Notes: generated from the letters alone by a model not told the origin. 64,000 nt of DNA from Macrostomum lignano (GCA_002269645.1 NIVC01001095.1:62001-126000), one strand, 5' to 3'; shown: positions 1 to 36,841, counted from the first letter of the stretch. Numbers and translations: made by a program.

Positions 1-59
1 TTCACTCTAAATCTCCTCTTGTGTTTCTTCGTTTGCTTCTCTTTCTCTTATTTTAGCTT

Positions 60-660
60 TCACTAACCTCTGTTTTTGCCTTCCTCTATCTACATCTTCA
101 TCTCCCTCTCTATCTCCATCTACATCTTCATCTCCCTCTCTATCTCCATCTCCATCTTCATCTCCCTCTCTATCTCCATCTCCATCTTCATCTCCCTCTC
201 TATCTCCATCTACATCTTCATCTCCCTCTCTATCTCCATCTCCATCTTCATCTCCCTCTATTTTCGTCTCTCTAGCTTCATCACCCTCTATCTCCATCTT
301 CGTCTTCATCTCCCTCTATTTTCATCTCTCTAGCTTCATCTCCCTCTATCTCCATCTCCATCTTCATCTCCCTCTATTTTCATCTCTCTAGTTTCATCAC
401 CCTCTATCTCCATCTCCATCTTCATCTCCCTCTATTTTCATCTCTCTAGTTTCATCACCCTCTATCTCCATCTTCGTCTTCATCTCCCTCTATTTTCATC
501 TCTCTAGTTTCATCACCCTCTATCTCCATCTCCATCTTCATCTCCCTCTATTTTCATCTCTCTAGTTTCATCACCCTCTATCTCCATCTTCGTCTTCATC
601 TCCCTCTCTATCTCCATCTCCCTACTTCATCTCCCTCTCTATCTCCATCTCCCTCTTTAC
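60..660. repeat. CT-rich minisatellite
   Basis: Variants of TCTCCATCTTCATCTCCCTCTCTA. Confidence 0.9.
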
Positions 661-1418
661 TTCCATTTCCCTTATTCTTCCCTTTAAAAACAATATCGAA
701 GTGGCAGGTGTTTAAATTTTTTTTAAAGTATTAGTCAGTATTCTCATCTCTTTATATAGTTCGTAAATAGTGCAGCTTGTAAATAAATGAGAGAAAGAGA
801 CTTCGAACTCAGAATAAGAGCAAGGGGGTGAGACTGGACTCTGAGAGAGAAAAATTCGATTGTGCCACTTGTCGATCCAGAATCCAGTCGCGAAGCTCAT
901 CTGGCTTTGAAGCACCCGTCTCACGTTGGGGCAGTTTGTTGGCCTCACTTCACTCCGGCATGTGTTTATTACGACAGCAGCAATGATGGAGCCATGCAGC
1001 TGTTGAGTATTCATGAAGTTGGTCCTTTCTCAAGCCGGGGGCGCCCGTATTAGATATTCAATTATTGGCTTTTCCATCAGGAGGGTCCGTGCGCTCTCAA
1101 CTTCAAATAAGTACGTCAATAAAGTTGCGCGGTTATCCAAGGTGACTCGGACTTACTATATTCAATCCTGTGCAGCTTCTTTTCATTTGAAAACTTTGCC
1201 AAAGTTAATAGACTGTGCGAAACTTTACTTTTTAATTGCCAGTCACAATCGATAGTTAATCATTACTTTCTACTAGCAGGCTTTGACTCTTTCAAATGGT
1301 TTTTGTTTCCTTTGAAGTGTTTCCTTTTTGGTAGCAATAGAGACTGACAGTGAGGCGCTGTGAACATTGGAAAACCGAGGGAAGCTAGGTGCAGATAGAC
1401 AGCCGGACCGGGAAACAG

Positions 1419-2430
1419 GGAGACTGAGCGAGAGACACGGAGAGACTGAGCGAGAGACACGGAGAGACTGAGCGAGAGACATGGAGAGACTGAGCGAGAG
1501 ACATGGAGAGACTGAGCGATAGACACGGAGTGACTGAGCGAGAGACATGGAGAGACTGAGCGGGAGACACGGAGAGACTGAGTGGGAGACACGAAGAGAC
1601 TGAGCGAGAGACACGAAGAGACTGGGTGGGAGACACGGAGAGACTGAGCGAGAGACACGGAGAGACTGAGCGAGAGACACGGAGAGACTGAGCGATAGAC
1701 ACGGAGTGACTGAGCGAGAGACATGGAGAGACTGAGCGGGAGACACGGAGAGACTGAGTGGGAGACACGAAGAGACTGAGCGAGAGACACGAAGAGACTG
1801 GGTGGGAGACACGGAGAGACTGAGCGAGAGACACGGAGAGACTGAGCGAGAGACACGGAGAGACTGAGTGGGAGACACGAAGAGACTGAGCGAGAGACAC
1901 GAAGAGACTGAGCGAGAGACACGGAGATACTGAGCGAGAGACACGGAGAGACTGAGCGAGAGACACGGAGAGACTGAGTGGGAGACACGGAGAGACTGAG
2001 CGGGAGACATGGAGAGACTGGGTGGGAGACACGGAGAGACTGAGTGGGAGACACGGAGAGACTGAGCGAGAGACACGGAGAGACTGAGCGAGAGACACGG
2101 AGAGACTGAGCGAGAGACACGGAGAGACTGAGTGGGAGACACGGAGAGACTGAGCGGGAGACATGGAGAGACTGGGTGGGAGACACGGAGAGACTGAGTG
2201 GGAGACACGGAGAGACTGAGCGAGAGACACGAAGAGACTGAGCGAGAGACACGGAGATACTGAGCGAGAGACACGGAGAGACTGAGTGGGAGACACGGAG
2301 AGACTGAGCGAGAGACACGAAGAGACTGAGCGAGAGACACGGAGATACTGAGCGAGAGACACGGAGAGACTGAGTGGGAGACACGGAGAGACTGAGCGAG
2401 AGACACGAAGAGACTGGGCGGGAGACATGA
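1419..2430. repeat. 22-bp minisatellite
   Basis: Unit AGAGACTGAGCGAGAGACACGG. Confidence 0.95.
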
Positions 2431-2930
2431 TGAAAATGGAAATATTAATTCAAACAGGCAGTAGCCAATGCCACAACGATACGTCTGGATGATGATCTGT
2501 TCACACCCCTCTGAATATGCTCCCCGTGTCGACAGGCAAAATCCTCATTACTTTATAATAGCTTTCATCGCTTGTCTTCACTATACCGGTAGGGACATAC
2601 CTAGTCTTCTTCGTGTCGAAATCTTTGACTAGCGCTTACAATTAACAAGCATCTTTGTAGGCTTGCTCTGTATGTAGTGCTCAATCATACGGCAGCTATG
2701 GGCCCAACAACTCCGGATGAGCTTGGAGTATGCTTTGTCTTGCCTAGTTCTTGCTCTCACTCACGGGCACTGCATGTTTGGGGGGCTACTTAGGCATTCC
2801 GGAAATTTGAACGGCTTTTGGTTTCTACTTTTTCGTACGGCATCTACTGCATCTGTCGCTTTATCTCCCTTCTTGCGTCCAATCATTCTCTGTTATTGTG
2901 GTTTCCTATTCCCCATTCTGTTATTGCCTC

Positions 2931-3360
<430 letters not shown>

Positions 3361-3824
3361 TCTGCCAATTTGCCAGGCTGTCTTTGTATCCCCAGGTGAC
3401 CCAAGTGCCGCTGACGTCTGACTGCTATGAGAAGCCATTTGTTAATTTTTATACTATCGGACCGAAAGAATCAGCTTCAAAATCTTGGCCACACAGGCAA
3501 AATCAAAAGGAGATTATTGAATAAAGCTGTCGTTTCCCCTTTTGAATATGATTTAAGCAGTTCCGCTAATCTGTTCTTTTTTTCCTAAATCCGTTTTACC
3601 TATAGACTGCTTCTTAGCCGTGCTTTTTCACTTATTTCAAAAATCTGTTAAGTATTATACAATACAGAGGAAGTTACTTTTGCAACGATTGGATATAATT
3701 GACCAAAATACTCGTAACACTTTAATGCGTTGATATTAAATTCTATAAATAAATATATGTAATGGAGATTCTGAATTGTTAGAAATGATCGTAAACCATG
3801 ACACCTTGACAAACCGGAATGACC

Positions 3825-4545
3825 TTAAAGATTAAGTACAGATGAACCGGGATGATCTTAAAGATGACAACAGGAGAAACCGAAATGACCTTGAAGATCA
3901 CACATGGATGATCCATGTATCTGGGATGATCTTGAAGATCACACCTGGATGATCAGGGAATCTGGGATGATCTTGAAGATCACACCTGGATGATCCGGGA
4001 ATCTGGGATGATCTTGAAGATCACACCTGGATGATCCGGGATGATATTGAAAATGACACCCAGATGAATCATAGTGATCATAAAAATGACACCTGGATTA
4101 ACCATAGTGATCATAAAAAATGATACCTCGATGAGCCAGAGTGATCATAAAAAATGACACCTCGATGAGCCAGAGTGATCATAAAAAATGACACCTAGAT
4201 GAACCATAGTGATCATAAAAAATGACAGCTCGATGAGCCAGAGTGATCATAAAAAATGACACCTAGATGAACCATAGTCATCATAAAAAATGACACCTCG
4301 ATGAGCCAGAGTGATCATAAAAAATGATACCTCGATGAGCCAGAGTGATAATAAAAAATGACACCTCGATGAGCCAGAGTGATCATAAAAAAATGACACC
4401 TCGATAAGCCAGAGTGATCATAAAAAATGACACCTAGATGAACCATAGTGATCATAAAAAATGACACCTGGATGAACCATGGTGATCATAAAACATGACA
4501 CCTAGATGAACCATAGTGATCATAAAAAATGACACCTAGATGAAC
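3825..4545. repeat. ~34-bp minisatellite
   Basis: Unit GTGATCATAAAAAATGACACCTCGATGAGCCAGA, with a related upstream variant. Confidence 0.9.
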
Positions 4546-4581
4546 TGAGAAAGTGACCTTAAAATGGACTCATCTAGATGA

Positions 4582-8901
<4,320 letters not shown>

Positions 8902-9059
8902 CTTGAAATGCATATCACAATAATTCATTTAGCTTAGCTCACTAGGTGTCACTTACCACTCCCTCCGAGTTCGAATAGAATCAATGCACAGTTGTTATTT
9001 AATGCATGCTTTATTTAATTCCTCACTGTGTAATGTAGCACAGTGCCGCCACTGTCCTT

Positions 9060-9320
9060 CTGGAGGGGGGTCAATTCAGGTCACGCAATGCCTTTTCAAG
9101 GTCAATTCAGGTCACAAAATGCCTTCTGATGGTCAATTCAGGTCACGCAGGGTAATTTTAGGTCACATTATAAAATATCACTGTCCTTCTTGAGGGTTAT
9201 TTGAGGCCACGCATTCTGGAGGGTCAATTCAGGTCACGCAATGCCCCTGTCTATATGATGGGTTATTTCAGGTCACATGCTCATGTGTCTATGAGAGGAC
9301 ATTTAAGGTCAATTCTAGAA
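9060..9320. repeat. Degenerate short repeat containing GGTCAATTCAGGTCA
   Basis: About 8 copies downstream of the ELAV stop. Confidence 0.75.
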
Positions 9321-10394
9321 TTTTCTTGCATTCATAGTGTGCACTTTTAATTAATCAAATCGAATACTTATTCTTGTCTTGCCTTTTCAGCTTGCACAAT
9401 TTACTCTATGCATAATTTGCTGTACAGGGGCAGCAGGTTGTTAGTGCAAGCTTATTATTTCATTGCCATAGCATTGAGTGCACTTGCACTTGTACATGCA
9501 TCAAGTTCATTTGTCCATAGGAAAGCGAACAAATACACAAAAGATAAGCTAATTCAGTCAGTATCTAAGCTTTCTATAAAAACGGTCCTGTTGTCTATTC
9601 TGCAAGTGCTATTCTTCAACTACTTTGAGTAGTGCTAACACGAAAAAGTTCGTGTCGCGAGCGAACCAAGCCCCTTTAATTTGATTTTCTTAGAAGAAAA
9701 AAATTTGTTGCACAGTTTGTGCGTTTTTTTAATTGCGACTCTGTTCCTATCGGTTTGTTGCTGTTTGAGTTTTTTTCAGTTTCAATATCGTTCTGTTCGT
9801 GTCTGAATTCTTACTCGTATCTTATTTTTCATCCGCTTTTTGGTTTTTGGTGTCCGGAATGAGCTTGCTTACTGCACTACTTACCCCGGCTTTGGCAAGT
9901 GAGTAGTGCGAACCGCGAATTATCCAATTGTAATCGTAGTTTAAGTATATAATCTCTGTTTTTTTCTGTTCAGTTGATTTTTGTTTAATATCCGTTTGGC
10001 AGGCCAATACGGTTGGATTGGAATATTATAAGACTGTTCCTAATTTTATAAAATAAGTTTGTCGCCGGAACTAAGCAAGCACAACTTCATTTTTACAAGT
10101 ACAAATTAATAGTTAGCTACTATATGCTTTTTGTTGAGCTAAATTGGGCTTGGCGTTAATCGAATTTAATTGTAATGTTTTATGGCTGTTTATTGTTTAA
10201 TGTTGTCTCATCACCAGCTTCAATGTTTAGTTTGGTTTTATTTTGTAATGCACTGTGAAATCCCACTGATTCCACAGTTGCTCACGTGTGTAATAATAAA
10301 TCCTCTGTGTGTTGAAATCTTAGACACCAGTTCGTATTGAAGGCTCACCGTTTATTGCCAGATCCTCATAACTGTGGCTGGTGACTTTCGATTG

Positions 10395-10740
10395 TGTCTA
10401 GTGAGGGGGTCAAGTGTCTTAGTGATGGGGTCAAGTGTCTTAGTGAGGGGTCAAGTGTCTTAGCGAGGGGGTCAAAAGTGTCTTAGTGATGGGGTCAAAA
10501 GTGTCTTAGTGAGGGGGTCAAGTTTCTTAGTGAGGGGGTCAAGTGTCTTAGTGAGGGGGTCAAGTGTCTTAGTGAGGGGGTCAAGTGTCTTAGTGAGGGG
10601 GTCAAGTGTCTTAGTGATGGGGTCAAGTGTCTTAGCGAAAGGGTCAAAAGTGTCTTAGTGAGGGGGTCAAGTTTCTTAGTGAGGGGGTCAAGTGTCTTAG
10701 TGAGGGGGTCAAGTGTCTTGTGAGGTTGTCTAGTGAGCGG
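10395..10740. repeat. ~21-bp minisatellite, left half (split by the Gypsy element)
   Basis: AGTGTCTTAGTGAGGGGGTCA; continues at 15285-15560. Confidence 0.9.
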
Positions 10741-11097
10741 ATCATTTTAGCAGAGTCAACTACTGCAATTTGTATTTGGTGGACGATAACAAACTACACG
10801 AGGGGCTCAAAAGCCAAAATCAGTCGATATATATATTTTAATATTAGACATGCACAAAGTACGTGCGTACATTACAATCGATAAATTAAAAAGGCAACTT
10901 GAGCGTGCCCCAACCCCCCAAGCGCAGGCCAACCCCAAAACCGATATTGTTACTCACAATATCAAGTCATCACATCCCTTCGCACTTAAGTATGAAAGTG
11001 AGATTAACAAAAATTAACATTATTAATAATAATATTAAATATTGAAGCGAGCAACACAACAAAGGTACCAAAATCGAGTTCATCAACAACAGCTACT

Positions 11098-14000
11098 TCA
11101 GCTGTAAGCCAGTCGCTCAGGTGCAGCGCACTTCCTCATCGAACGGCGAAGCTGCGGCATGGCGTCGGGCTCCGCCGCAGCCTCAGCAGCAACGCCGTCA
11201 GCAAAAACTTCGGGTGCGTCCTTCGGCACCGCATCGCACTGCGGCACCGCTGCCGCAGGTACCGCCGGCTTGGTCGGAAGCTGACTGACCGCGGCCGGCT
11301 TGCGCACCTGGTCCACGTGCCTGTGTGCGTCTCTGCCGTCATCGAACCGGCACGTGAAGTCGGCCACACCAGAACTGTCCGTGACTGTCGCCGGTCTCCA
11401 GCATCCGTCACTCGCGAAGTCTCGCGCCAGCACCGAGTCGCCGACATTAATGCGACGGTCGTGCGCGTGGGCGTCGTGCTGCTCCTTCTGCAGTGCCTGC
11501 TGTACGGCCACCCGGGCGGGCAGGTCAGGGCGGACTCGGTCGAGCAACGATTTCAGCCTCCGCCCCATCAGCAACTCGCAGGGAGCCCTCCCGGTAGTCG
11601 CATGCGGCGTGACTCGGTACGTCAGGAGGAACCGGGAGACTCGCTCCTCCAGAGAGCCGCTTCGCTGCTTGGCCAGCGCACGCTTCAGAGTCTGAACTGC
11701 TCGCTCTGCTTGGCCGTTGGACGCCGGGTGGTACGGAGCCGTGCGCACGTGCCGGATGCCGTTCTTGCTCAGGAATGTCTCCATCTCCGCGCTGACCAGG
11801 TTCGGACCGTTGTCAGAGACGATCACATCCGGCAGACCGTGAGTTGCAAAGCTCGACCGCAGCTTCTCGATAGTCGCAGTCGACGACGTCGAAGGCATCA
11901 CATGCACGTCCATCCACTTGGAGTGGGCGTCCACGACAACGAGCAAAATCCGGCCCTGGACTGGCCCGGCGTAGTCAATGTGCAGGCGCGACCACGGCTT
12001 GTCCGGCCACGCCCATGGCTGCAGTGGAAACGGACCTGGCGACTTCTGCATCTCCTGGCACTCGGTGCACGCGGCGACCAGCCGCTCGATCGCCTCGTCC
12101 AGCTTGGGCCACCAGAAAACGCTTCGAGCCAGCGCCTTCATTCTCGTGGCGCCCTGGTGCCCCTGGTGCAGGCAGTGCAGCAGCGCCTCCCGACCGGCCT
12201 CGGGAACTACGACTCGGCAGCCCCAGAGCAGACAGCCGTCTTGGGTGCTCAGCTGGTCGGCTCGCGTGCAGTATGGCTGCAGCTCAGGTGGCGGCCGCTC
12301 CGGCCAGCAGCCGGTCTCGGTGAAGCGCAGAACTCGGGACAAGTCCGGGTCTGTCCGAGTCCACGTCCGGATGTGCCGAGCCGTCACTGGTCCCTCGTCC
12401 AGGAAGTCCATGAGTAGGACGACTTCAGCTGGAGTTGGTGCTTCCTTCGGCTTCTCCGGCAGCGGCAGCCGACTTAGCGTATCGGCTCGAAGCAGCGACT
12501 TGCCCGCTCGGTGGACCATGGAGTACTGGTAGCCGGCCAGGAGCAGCGCCCACCGCTGGATTCTGCCAGAAGCCAGTGCTGGTATCGGCTTGGACTGGTG
12601 CAGCAGCCCGAGCAGCGGTTTGTGGTCGCTCACCAGCGTGAAGTCTCGTCCGAACAGGTACATATGAAATTTCTTAACTCCGTAGATGACCGCGAGCGCC
12701 TCCTTCTCGAGTTGTGAGTATCGGGTCTCTGCTTCATGTAGCGTGCGAGAGGCGAAGGCGATCGGCCTGTCGACACCGTCGATCCGGTGGCTGATGACGG
12801 CACCGATGCCGTAAGGCGAGGCGTCGCACTCGAGCACCAGCGGCTTCTGACGGTCAAAATGCGCGAGCACCGGTGCCTGGCTGAGTAGCGACTTGCACCT
12901 GCGGAACGCCTCGTCCTGCACAGCGTCCCATCGCCAGGGGGCGCCCTTGTTCAGCAGCTGGTTCAGCGGCGCCAGTTCGGTTGACAGATTGGGCATGAAC
13001 TTGCCGTAATAATTTACCAGCCCAAGGAAGCTGCGCAGCTGCGTCTGGTCGCGGGGCGGTGGCGCGTCCTGGATCGCCCGCACCTTGTCCTGGAGAGGGT
13101 GCAGCCCTTCGGCGTCGATTCTGTGTCCGAGGTAGCTGATGCTCTGCTGCATAAAACTGCACTTGCTCAGGCCGCACCGGAGGCCGCTCTGCTGCAGTCG
13201 CCGAAGGACCTGCTCCAGCGTCTTCAGGTGGCTGTCATCATCCACACCGGTAACCAGCAGGTCGTCAACGAAGCAGGTGACGTGGGGAATACCCTGCAGG
13301 AGGCAGTCCATCTGGCGCTGGAAAATGCCGACAGCGGGAGCGACTCCGAACGGCAGTCTCGTGTACCGCAGCAGCCCCTTGCTGGTGTTGATGGTGCAGA
13401 GTTCTTGCGAAGCCTCGTCCAGAGGCAGCTGCGAGTACGCTTGCGACAAGTCAAGCTTGGTAAACTTCTTTCCGCCAGCCAGCTTCGCGAAGAGCTCCTC
13501 GATCCTCGGCACCGGGTACGTGTCAGGCTCGACGTCGAGGTTCACCGTTTGTTTAAAATCGGCACATTTGCGGACCGAGCCGTCTGTCTTTAAAACGGGT
13601 ACGATCGGAGACGCGTAGTCCGAGCTGCTCACCGGCTTCAGCACTCCCTGTTCGATCTCTTTTTCGAGTTGCGCCTCGACCTTCTCCTTTAGCGCAAGCG
13701 GGACGTTTCTGGCCTTAAAGAACCTCGGCCGCTCTGAGGCTTTCAGCTGCAGCCGAACCGCGGGCCCCGTGTACCGACCGAGGCCAGGTTCGAAGACTTC
13801 GGCGTACTTGTCCAGCAGGCTCTTGAGTCCTGGTTGCCCTGACGGATGCTGTTGCACCTGCTTGATGTCTCGCCAGTCCAGCGGAAGTTCGGCCAGCCAG
13901 TCGCGACCAACCAGATTCGAGCCGGCACCGTCGATCACGAGCAGCGGCAGCACCTTGCTGGCGACCTCGGTCTGCGCGCGAACTCGAAGTTGGCCGAGTA

Positions 14001-15036
14001 CAGGCACCAGCTCTCCGGAGTACGTCCGCAGCTGCGTGTTGACTCGCTCGAGTCTGGGTCGCCCTCGCAGTACTTCGTTGTAGGTCTTCGCAGAGATGAG
14101 TGACACAGACGCCCCAGTATCGACCTCCATGCAGACTGGCGTGCCGTCGATGTCGATGGTTGTCTTGATCGGCGGAATCTTGCCGCCTACGGCAGCAGCC
14201 ATCACGTGCAGCGAGAAAGCCTCCTCCTCTGCCTCCTCCGCCTGCAGTTCTTGGACGGTCGAGTCGACGCGACGATTCGAAGCTCGCTGAGGCCCAGCCG
14301 ATCTCTCGTCCCGCTGAGCAGGCGGCGCTGCCTTGCACGCAGCAGCAATGTGTCCGGTTTTCGAGCATGCGTAGCACCTACTATTGATGAACGGGCACTT
14401 GACAGCCAGGTGGCGCTGGGACAGGCATCGATAGCAACGCTTCGCTGGCGGCCCGCTGGCCGCCTCCCGCCGGGCAGAATGGTGAAGAGCGTGCACCGTG
14501 TCAGAGCCGGCGCCTTTAGCCACCAGCAGGTTGCCTTGAGCGGCCGACTCGTGCGCCTGCGCCAGCGACAGCGCCGTGTCCAGCGAGAGCTCCTTCTCTG
14601 TGAAGAGCCTCCGCTGAATGGAATCATCACTGATCCCCAGGACCAGCCGGTCCCTGAGCATGCTGCTGAGGCCAACGCCGAAATTGCAATCCCGAGCTAG
14701 CTTACGCAGCTCAGCCAGGAACTCTGCCACCGACTCGCCTGCCTGACGACTTCTGCTGTAGAACCTGTATCGCCGTACAATCTCTGGTGGGGTTGGATCA
14801 AAATGCTCCTTCAGCTTAGCACAGATGGCGTCGTAGGTCGTGTCCTTCGGCAGTGCCGGTGACAGCAGGTTTGATATCAGCTGGTAGGTGTCCCTGCCAC
14901 AGATGCTCAGCAGCACGGCTCGTCTCTTTTCATTGTTGATTTCATTTGCTGTGAAAAACTGTTCTAAGCGCTCCTGGTACTGCTGCCAGGTCTCAGTGCC
15001 CTCTTCAAAGGGTCCTATTGAGCCTATAAGACTCAT
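11098..15036 (-). CDS. Gag-Pol polyprotein (two CCHC knuckles, protease, RT, RNase H, integrase)
   Basis: ATG at 15036 directly after the PBS. CYRCLSQRHLAVKC and CYACSKTGHIAAAC knuckles; protease VDTGAS; RT LPFG and FVDD; RNase H CDASPYGIG; integrase HQGH..CTEC, HIDYAG, SDNG, GQAER. Domain order PR-RT-RH-IN is Gypsy-type. Confidence 0.97.
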   Translation of the reverse strand: MSLIGSIGPFEEGTETWQQYQERLEQFFTANEINNEKRRAVLLSICGRDTYQLISNLLSPALPKDTTYDAICAKLKEHFDPTPPEIVRRYRFYSRSRQAGESVAEFLAELRKLARDCNFGVGLSSMLRDRLVLGISDDSIQRRLFTEKELSLDTALSLAQAHESAAQGNLLVAKGAGSDTVHALHHSARREAASGPPAKRCYRCLSQRHLAVKCPFINSRCYACSKTGHIAAACKAAPPAQRDERSAGPQRASNRRVDSTVQELQAEEAEEEAFSLHVMAAAVGGKIPPIKTTIDIDGTPVCMEVDTGASVSLISAKTYNEVLRGRPRLERVNTQLRTYSGELVPVLGQLRVRAQTEVASKVLPLLVIDGAGSNLVGRDWLAELPLDWRDIKQVQQHPSGQPGLKSLLDKYAEVFEPGLGRYTGPAVRLQLKASERPRFFKARNVPLALKEKVEAQLEKEIEQGVLKPVSSSDYASPIVPVLKTDGSVRKCADFKQTVNLDVEPDTYPVPRIEELFAKLAGGKKFTKLDLSQAYSQLPLDEASQELCTINTSKGLLRYTRLPFGVAPAVGIFQRQMDCLLQGIPHVTCFVDDLLVTGVDDDSHLKTLEQVLRRLQQSGLRCGLSKCSFMQQSISYLGHRIDAEGLHPLQDKVRAIQDAPPPRDQTQLRSFLGLVNYYGKFMPNLSTELAPLNQLLNKGAPWRWDAVQDEAFRRCKSLLSQAPVLAHFDRQKPLVLECDASPYGIGAVISHRIDGVDRPIAFASRTLHEAETRYSQLEKEALAVIYGVKKFHMYLFGRDFTLVSDHKPLLGLLHQSKPIPALASGRIQRWALLLAGYQYSMVHRAGKSLLRADTLSRLPLPEKPKEAPTPAEVVLLMDFLDEGPVTARHIRTWTRTDPDLSRVLRFTETGCWPERPPPELQPYCTRADQLSTQDGCLLWGCRVVVPEAGREALLHCLHQGHQGATRMKALARSVFWWPKLDEAIERLVAACTECQEMQKSPGPFPLQPWAWPDKPWSRLHIDYAGPVQGRILLVVVDAHSKWMDVHVMPSTSSTATIEKLRSSFATHGLPDVIVSDNGPNLVSAEMETFLSKNGIRHVRTAPYHPASNGQAERAVQTLKRALAKQRSGSLEERVSRFLLTYRVTPHATTGRAPCELLMGRRLKSLLDRVRPDLPARVAVQQALQKEQHDAHAHDRRINVGDSVLARDFASDGCWRPATVTDSSGVADFTCRFDDGRDAHRHVDQVRKPAAVSQLPTKPAVPAAAVPQCDAVPKDAPEVFADGVAAEAAAEPDAMPQLRRSMRKCAAPERLAYS

Positions 15037-15048
15037 TCCTCGTCGCCA
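15037..15048 (-). other. Primer binding site, probably tRNA-Ser(GCT)
   Basis: Minus strand TGGCGACGAGGA, complementary to the recalled 3' end (TCCTCGTCGCCA) of metazoan tRNA-Ser(GCT); lies 1 nt from the 5' LTR. Confidence 0.75.
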
Positions 15049-15284
15049 CTTTAGCAGAGTCAACTACTGCAATATTTGGTGGACGATAACAAACTACACG
15101 AGGGCTCAAAAGCCAAAATCAGTCGATATATATACGACTATTTTAATATTAGGCATGCACAAAGTACGTGCGTACATTACAATCGATAAATTAAAAAGGC
15201 AACTTGAGCGTGCCCCAACCCCCCAAGCGCAGGCCAACCCCAAAACCGATATTGTTACTCACAATATCAAGTCATCACAATCAT

Positions 15285-15560
15285 GACCGTCAATAGGTGT
15301 CTTGAGGTTGTCAAGTGTCTTAGCGAGGGGTCAAAAGTGTCATGTGAGGTTGTCAAGTGTCTAGTGAGGGGTCAAGTGTCTTGTGACAGGGTCAAGGTGT
15401 CTTGCGAGGGTTCAAGGTATCTAGTGGGAGGGTCAAGGTGTCTTTTAAAGTTGTCAAGTGTCTAGTGAGGGGGTCAAGTGTCTGATGTGAAGGGTCGTGG
15501 TGCTACTTTGGGGTCAGTTATCTAGTGAGAGGGGTCCTAGTAACTTGTCAAGGGGTCAAG
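15285..15560. repeat. ~21-bp minisatellite, right half
   Basis: Same unit as 10395-10740, more degenerate. Confidence 0.85.
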
Positions 15561-15866
15561 GTATCTATATAGTAGCGTTGAGTGGTGCAGTATGTACAGG
15601 TGCACGAGTAGCTATCTAGCTCTTCTAGTAGAAGAAAAAGCTCCAGTTGTATGCTCACTATGAAAGCACCGCGCGCTATATGCAGGCAAAGGTTTGAGAT
15701 CCAGCGAATGAGGATTCTTAAGTGTCAGATGCACTTTGCTCCAAAATTATCATTTGTTCTTTATGGTATTGAATTAGTTCAAACCCACGATAATTAGAGC
15801 TTCAATACAATTTAATACAAATTAATTAAGCAAACTGCAGTTGTATTTGTGCTAATTAGATTCTGC

Positions 15867-15880
15867 GTTTCCATGGCAAC
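15867..15880. promoter_or_regulatory. RFX X-box
   Basis: GTTTCCATGGCAAC fits GTTNCCATGGNAAC exactly, about 460 bp upstream of the Dpr-like ATG; inverted CCAAT boxes follow near 16133 and 16172. Confidence 0.6.
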
Positions 15881-16339
15881 GCGCGTTATGTAGCTCAGCA
15901 AATATTGCGGAGAAAAAAGCCGTTATGGGCACCTGGAGTGGTGGCACTCCTAAATGGGGGATTAAGTTAAGTGCGCCTTCCATTCTGATGCAGTAAATAA
16001 CCAAGCCTAAAACAATATAAGGCATTAGAACAGTCCTAGATTATGAAGTACCTGAGTCTCTACAATATAATTGCGTGCGTGTGGTTTTTTTCGGCATTCT
16101 ATTTTGTCTGTAGCACCCCGCTGTGACTGCAATTGGCTAGCCCTGTTCGAGCTAGTAGCCATGGGCTTGGATTGGCTGTGCTCAGAAATATGAATATCAA
16201 CTCAACTTGGCCTTAGTTAGACTATTGCTAGACTTTTGGCCTCATTTAATTCAACGATTATTTTAAATGCTACAGGTGGCCTCAAATTTAACTAGGAAAA
16301 GTTAGCTGGAAATGCTGGACTGAATATTTACTGATAATT

Positions 16340-36841
<20,502 letters not shown>

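Larger units (their letters stand above)
10746..15279 (-). mobile_element. Full-length Ty3/Gypsy LTR retrotransposon, Mag-like (single gag-pol ORF)
   Basis: LTRs at 15050-15279 and 10746-10974; TSD ATCAT at 10741-10745 and 15280-15284; PBS 15037-15048; PPT GCGAAGGGA abutting 10974; uninterrupted ORF. Confidence 0.97.

Noticed and set aside
9390-9632. Possible ELAV RRM3 exon after a TTTTCAG acceptor
   Set aside because: The open frame lacks RNP1/RNP2 motifs; the other two frames stop quickly.
11136-14700. Multiple overlapping and antisense ORFs within the retrotransposon
   Set aside because: Shadow ORFs of a GC-rich coding sequence with no recognisable motifs.
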